Shown here: positions 59,939 to 64,000 of the stretch, in pieces
Layout of the letters: each line of letters starts with the position of its first letter
How positions within the stretch are numbered: the first letter of the stretch is position 1
From: an uncultured bacterium
Lineage (GTDB): Bacteria; Zixibacteria; MSB-5A5; GN15; FEB-12
Reading direction: 5' to 3'
Assembly (NCBI GenBank): GCA_965372795.1
Contig: CBDVDR010000004.1
Span: forward strand, 161,449-225,448
DNA length: 64,000 bases
Notes under the pieces: generated by a model
The model's database searches: none
Seen by the model: the letters and a program-made list of their open reading frames with translations, nothing else
Told to the model about the DNA's origin: nothing
Made by a program: the position numbers and the translations under genes

Positions 59939-62143
59939 ATGATAGTTATTAGATTACTCTTAACGCTAAGCATTCTACTGTTGACCTTATCTTGTGCGGC
60001 TCAAGATAATCAGTCTCAGATTGTAGAATCATACAATGACAACGCAGCTTACCCCTATAAGTTTAAAGCTATTGATGAATCCCCAGCTACAAACAGAGTT
60101 ATTATTCCGGCTGATATGAACAACGATGGGAAGATGGAATCATTTGCAATTCAAAATTCATATCGTAAAAACATCTGCGCTTTTTATTTCTATCCTGATT
60201 ATGTCAATGGACGCTCGTTACTTCATTTTCTGATTGATGCGAATAAAATTTCTGACTATCAATTATTTGATCTCGACCATGATAATATTATGGAAGTCGG
60301 TCTGACATACACGTATCAAGACACCCTTTGGTTTGATGTCATTCATTTCCATAACGGCCGTACGCTTCACCAACCGATTGTTGTCGGAGAGGATTCTAAT
60401 GGTAACGGCTATTGGGACGGGGTGGGCGATATTGACGGTTTTTATGATTACAATGATGATGGTTATGATGAAGTGCTGATAAATTGTCTAACCGGATATG
60501 ATATTTACCCTCGAAAAATAATCTGTTATGATGTGCATAATAAAAAGATACTCTGGGAAAACTGCACCACCAGCAACACTACTTTCGGTACGAACTATTC
60601 AAACATTATATCAAAATTGGAAGGGGCTTTGATTTTTGCAACATCGGCGATTTTAAACGGCGCCGAATGTGGCGAGTATTCCGACAACAATTCAGCCTTA
60701 TTTTATTATGACAGAGATGGGAAAATAATTTGGTCGCAGCCCTTAGGGTCAACTTTCCATTATCCTCAAGTAGAACTGTTTGATTTTGACAATGACAATG
60801 AACTTGAGATTATGGCAACCTTTGAAAAATCTCAAGAACCGATATCAGAGCCGGCAAATATTCAAAGCGGATTTATTGTACTGAATTTACAGGGTTTGAT
60901 AATTGACACAATGCTAATAGAAGATAACAGATTCATAAGTAATTTCACGTACCTTGAGGAGGACAACTTAGCTCAGGGGGAGCTGTTTATATCAACCTCC
61001 AAGCATGAAATTTATCGTTACAATAATAATCTTGAATTAGTTCAAATATATAATTTTACTTCAATAACAAATATTATTGGAAGAGACAGCTATCTGGGAC
61101 CGGATGAAATTAATTACCTCGCTCAATCAGCAGACGGGAAATATTTATTATTGGATAATGAGTTTAATATTGCCGCAATTATAGAGGCTGGGAATTCAAT
61201 TCATGCGTTTAAAACAAAACAGGATCCAGACAAATTTAACATCTCTATAAATTACGCTAACAGTACCATTCTTTACTCAATTGAGAAAAGCCCCTGGATT
61301 ACAATTTTCAGACAACACCCGATTCAATCACAGTATGTTTTGATCTTTTTCTTTGTCCTGGCATTCTTCTATATCACGACCGTCTCATTAAAAAACCGGG
61401 TAATTTTCAAACAGAAAAAAGAATTAAACATTACTTTAAATAAACTTGTTACAACCCAGAAAAAATTGATCGAGGCTGAGAAATATAAACAGATCAAAGA
61501 TATCGCCGGCGGATTTGCCCACGAAATCAGAAATGCCCTCTTCCCTGCAAAATCTTTGTTAAACAAAATAAAACCTCAACTTGAAAACGATCAGAAACTA
61601 AATAAATATATTACTCTGACCAGTGATTCGGTAACAAGAGCCGTAGAATTAACCGAATTAATTATGAGATATACAAAGGTTGATTCGGATAAAGCGGTTG
61701 AAAATGTTAATCTCAAAAAGTTAATTGAAGAAGTTATTGAATTGAACTTATCCCGCACTGAAAAAATAATAATTTCTATAAACTTATTTGAAAATAACAA
61801 TATTTCCGCGCAGGGAAACTATCAGCAATTTTTGATTGTGTTCAACAATTTACTCTTAAACAGCCTGGATGCTTTTACTGATGTTGAAAGGGATAATAAA
61901 ATAGAAATTTCTTATACTGAAACGGACAACGATTTTATTATTACATTTACCGACAACGGTCTTGGGATTGAACCTGAGAATATTGATAAAATATTTGATC
62001 CCTTTTTCTCAACCAAACCTAATACGGGTACCGGCGTTGGGTTGTCTATTTCAAAGAAAATTATCGAGATGTATGACGGTTCAATGGAGGTCACAAGTCA
62101 ACTGAACACTGGGACAACTTTTAAAATAAAACTAAAAAAATAA
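59939..62143 (+). CDS. Sensor histidine kinase with an extracellular FG-GAP-like repeat domain
   Basis: DMNNDGKME, DLDHDNIME, DYNDDGYDE, DFDNDNELE repeats; TM; FAHEIRN; NLLLNSLDA, DNGLGI, FDPFFSTK, GTGVGL. Confidence 0.9.
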   Translation: MIVIRLLLTLSILLLTLSCAAQDNQSQIVESYNDNAAYPYKFKAIDESPATNRVIIPADMNNDGKMESFAIQNSYRKNICAFYFYPDYVNGRSLLHFLIDANKISDYQLFDLDHDNIMEVGLTYTYQDTLWFDVIHFHNGRTLHQPIVVGEDSNGNGYWDGVGDIDGFYDYNDDGYDEVLINCLTGYDIYPRKIICYDVHNKKILWENCTTSNTTFGTNYSNIISKLEGALIFATSAILNGAECGEYSDNNSALFYYDRDGKIIWSQPLGSTFHYPQVELFDFDNDNELEIMATFEKSQEPISEPANIQSGFIVLNLQGLIIDTMLIEDNRFISNFTYLEEDNLAQGELFISTSKHEIYRYNNNLELVQIYNFTSITNIIGRDSYLGPDEINYLAQSADGKYLLLDNEFNIAAIIEAGNSIHAFKTKQDPDKFNISINYANSTILYSIEKSPWITIFRQHPIQSQYVLIFFFVLAFFYITTVSLKNRVIFKQKKELNITLNKLVTTQKKLIEAEKYKQIKDIAGGFAHEIRNALFPAKSLLNKIKPQLENDQKLNKYITLTSDSVTRAVELTELIMRYTKVDSDKAVENVNLKKLIEEVIELNLSRTEKIIISINLFENNNISAQGNYQQFLIVFNNLLLNSLDAFTDVERDNKIEISYTETDNDFIITFTDNGLGIEPENIDKIFDPFFSTKPNTGTGVGLSISKKIIEMYDGSMEVTSQLNTGTTFKIKLKK

Positions 62144-62163
62144 TTATTTGATTACAGCATCTC

Positions 62164-62231
62164 GTAGGGCAGAACCCTTTAGTGTTTCTGCCAATTTTAA
62201 ATTGGAGCAGACGAGGACATCTACCGCTCCA
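62164..62231. repeat. REP-doublet (REPIN-like) element
   Basis: GTAG-ggcagaa...ttctgcc hairpin followed by an inverted degenerate partner gcagacgaggacatctaccgctcca. Confidence 0.55.
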
Positions 62232-62234
62232 TTT

Positions 62235-62263
62235 ATCACCCCCAAACAAGTTTGAGGGTGCCA
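62235..62263. repeat. REP-like hairpin, copy 1 (atcacccccaaacaagtttgagggtgcca)
   Basis: caccc-c-caaac-aa-gtttg-a-gggtg imperfect palindrome; 25 bp identical to the copy at 63729. Confidence 0.9.
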
Positions 62264-62395
62264 ACAGTCAAGATATGTGATAATGCTTTTCTGGTCGTTT
62301 GTTGACGTTCACCTCAATGAAGTCTCTGGTGATTCGAAATGACGAAGCTGGAGGTTTTAACTTACAAGAATTATATAGAAAGAATTGAGGCATAA

Positions 62396-63721
62396 ATGGA
62401 ATTAAATAAAGATGTGTTTTGGCGTTTATATAGTTATAAAAGGGAAGATAATGCTTGGGACTATAAGCAACATCTTTCAATCTCTACTAAAAATGAACGT
62501 TATGAGTTTGCTAAAGACTTACTTGCTTTTGCCAATTTCGGAGGAGGTTATATGTTGCTTGGTGTGGAAGATAAAACACATTTATTAACTGGAGTTGATT
62601 CAAAAATTGATCCAAGTAGCCTTGGGGATTTAATTGAAAAAAGGCTAGGTGTTAACTTAGATGTTCAATTTTTCTACTTTGATCATTTGGAAAATGCAGA
62701 AAAAAAAGTTCTTGGATTAGTTTGGATTCCACCTGGGAATAAAGTAGAAATGTCCAACTATGATTTACGTAATTCTGATGGGAAAATTAAAATCCAAGCT
62801 AATTCGATATACTATAGAAGAAATACACGTAGTATACGTGCCAATGGAGAGGATATTGAAAAAATACATAAACGACTTTACAACAAACAATCTGAAAATG
62901 TTGTTTCAATACAGGATGAAACAAGTGCTCTTCATAAAAATCACCAGTCAAAATTTGATTTTTTAAGTGTTCTTTATAACAACTATGATCCAACTGCTGA
63001 AGAATTGGGAAAAAAACTTAAAGAAATATGGCAATTTACATCAAAGAGATCTAAAATTGATTTCGCTAGATTAATACAAATACAGCCAGAGGATATTGAT
63101 TCTTTTTTTGATGGAAAGAAATTACTTAGCACAAGCCAACTTATTACGATTACGAAGATACAAAAGCTACCAACTGATTACTTTTTCAAACCAACATATA
63201 ATATGCGATTTACCTATTGGAAGGAAGATCTAGTAAAATATTCTATTTTATCACTTGTTAAACCAAAGTCTGCAATTTGTCTAATTGATAATAAAGGAAA
63301 ATTTTATGCAGAAGTTCTATCTACATTAGCAAAAGGTATTTGCAGATTACACGACCTTCTATATTCTGAAGATTCTCAGCCCAATCCTGCACTTGGAGAC
63401 AATAATAAAAAAACACCATGGTTTTTTAATGAGCCTCTTCCAGAGATGCTTCAATCTGATTTGTCTAAACAATATTACAAATTACTTGAACAGTATCCTC
63501 GTAATACAAAACGATCATTGATGCAACATGAAAAAATATTGCGAAATTGGTTCTTCTCAGGTGATGAATATATTGCCAGACTAATTATTGAAGGTATCGA
63601 TAGTATTATAATAAAGTCTGAAGATAAATATCAGATTAAACTACGATTCATGAAAGATCTATTAAATAAAAAAGTTCGAATGAGAGGATACGACTCAATT
63701 AATTTAAGAATGAAAAAGTAA
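62396..63721 (+). CDS. Schlafen/AlbA_2 domain protein with an internal XRE-like HTH
   Basis: ED.AWDYK..., KDLLAFANFGGGYMLLGVED, YYRR.TRS; LKEI..SKIDFARLIQI...FDGK.LLS..QL..I...LPTDYFF. Confidence 0.85.
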   Translation: MELNKDVFWRLYSYKREDNAWDYKQHLSISTKNERYEFAKDLLAFANFGGGYMLLGVEDKTHLLTGVDSKIDPSSLGDLIEKRLGVNLDVQFFYFDHLENAEKKVLGLVWIPPGNKVEMSNYDLRNSDGKIKIQANSIYYRRNTRSIRANGEDIEKIHKRLYNKQSENVVSIQDETSALHKNHQSKFDFLSVLYNNYDPTAEELGKKLKEIWQFTSKRSKIDFARLIQIQPEDIDSFFDGKKLLSTSQLITITKIQKLPTDYFFKPTYNMRFTYWKEDLVKYSILSLVKPKSAICLIDNKGKFYAEVLSTLAKGICRLHDLLYSEDSQPNPALGDNNKKTPWFFNEPLPEMLQSDLSKQYYKLLEQYPRNTKRSLMQHEKILRNWFFSGDEYIARLIIEGIDSIIIKSEDKYQIKLRFMKDLLNKKVRMRGYDSINLRMKK

Positions 63722-63728
63722 AAGTAGA

Positions 63729-63757
63729 ATCACCCCCAAACAAGTTTGAGGGTACCA
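63729..63757. repeat. REP-like hairpin, copy 2 (atcacccccaaacaagtttgagggtacca)
   Basis: Same orientation as copy 1, 1494 bp downstream, 7 bp after the AlbA stop codon. Confidence 0.9.
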
Positions 63758-63821
63758 CCTATAAAACAGCAAAGATATTCACAAACTCAATAATCATTAC
63801 GATTATACAATAATATTTTGC

Positions 63822-64000
63822 TTAAAATAATTGTAACTCAGTAGAAATATTCAAATTGTTGTAAATTCAATAATATTACTAATATCCAAGTTTAAAATTA
63901 CTTTAAGTTAAAATAAATGTAACTCCGTAGAAATATTCAAATTGCTGTAAATTCAATAATATTACTAATATCCAAGTTTAAAATTACTTTAAGTTAAAAT
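63822..64000. repeat. Non-coding 86-bp AT-rich tandem repeat (2 full copies plus the start of a third at the window edge)
   Basis: Units start at 63822, 63908 and 63994; 3 mismatches between the full copies. Confidence 0.92.

Noticed and set aside
62235..63757. Classical integron attC cassette or IS with target-site duplication
   Set aside because: No RYYYAAC/GTTRRRY cores, the sites are too short for attC, and there is no integrase, transposase or terminal inverted repeat.
63822..64000. CRISPR array
   Set aside because: The 86-bp units are contiguous with no unique spacers, and there are no cas genes in the window.

Overview
AT-rich bacterial chromosomal segment with about 50 CDS. I saw no rRNA, tRNA, CRISPR array, integrase or transposase. 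The 'NYPNPFN...WDG...GIY' FlgD-Ig/T9SS-like C-terminal tails and the gene content suggest an FCB-group organism such as candidate phylum Zixibacteria (inference only). Layout: (1) 1-25.7 kb is a surface/exopolysaccharide locus. It contains a PEP-CTERM protein with a candidate sigma-54 promoter, two large secreted proteins with FlgD-Ig tails, two Tat-exported DUF362 paralogues, Wzx, Wzy/ligase, GT2/GT4s and many tailoring enzymes, including a catalytically degenerate SGNH protein and a kinase-like protein. (2) 25.7-34 kb has cysE/cysK, nucleotide-sugar genes (wbpB-like, gmd, rmd, wbpA-like) and small genes. (3) 34-47 kb has a HEAT-repeat + HD-GYP pair that share an N-terminal domain, lipid genes, IDH, sodB and a SelD that is a selenoprotein (in-frame TGA plus SECIS-like hairpin, truncated in the ORF track). 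(4) 47-50.4 kb has an NLR-like NB-ARC-TPR gene with a REP-like hairpin and a repeat-rich spacer. (5) 50.4-62 kb holds housekeeping and transport genes and an orphan sensor kinase. (6) 62.2-64 kb is the most unusual part: a Schlafen/AlbA_2-HTH gene bracketed by identical 25-bp REP-like hairpins in direct orientation, followed by a non-coding 86-bp tandem array that runs off the window. The best candidate for an undescribed system is REP-hairpin-delimited cassettes carrying putative defence genes.
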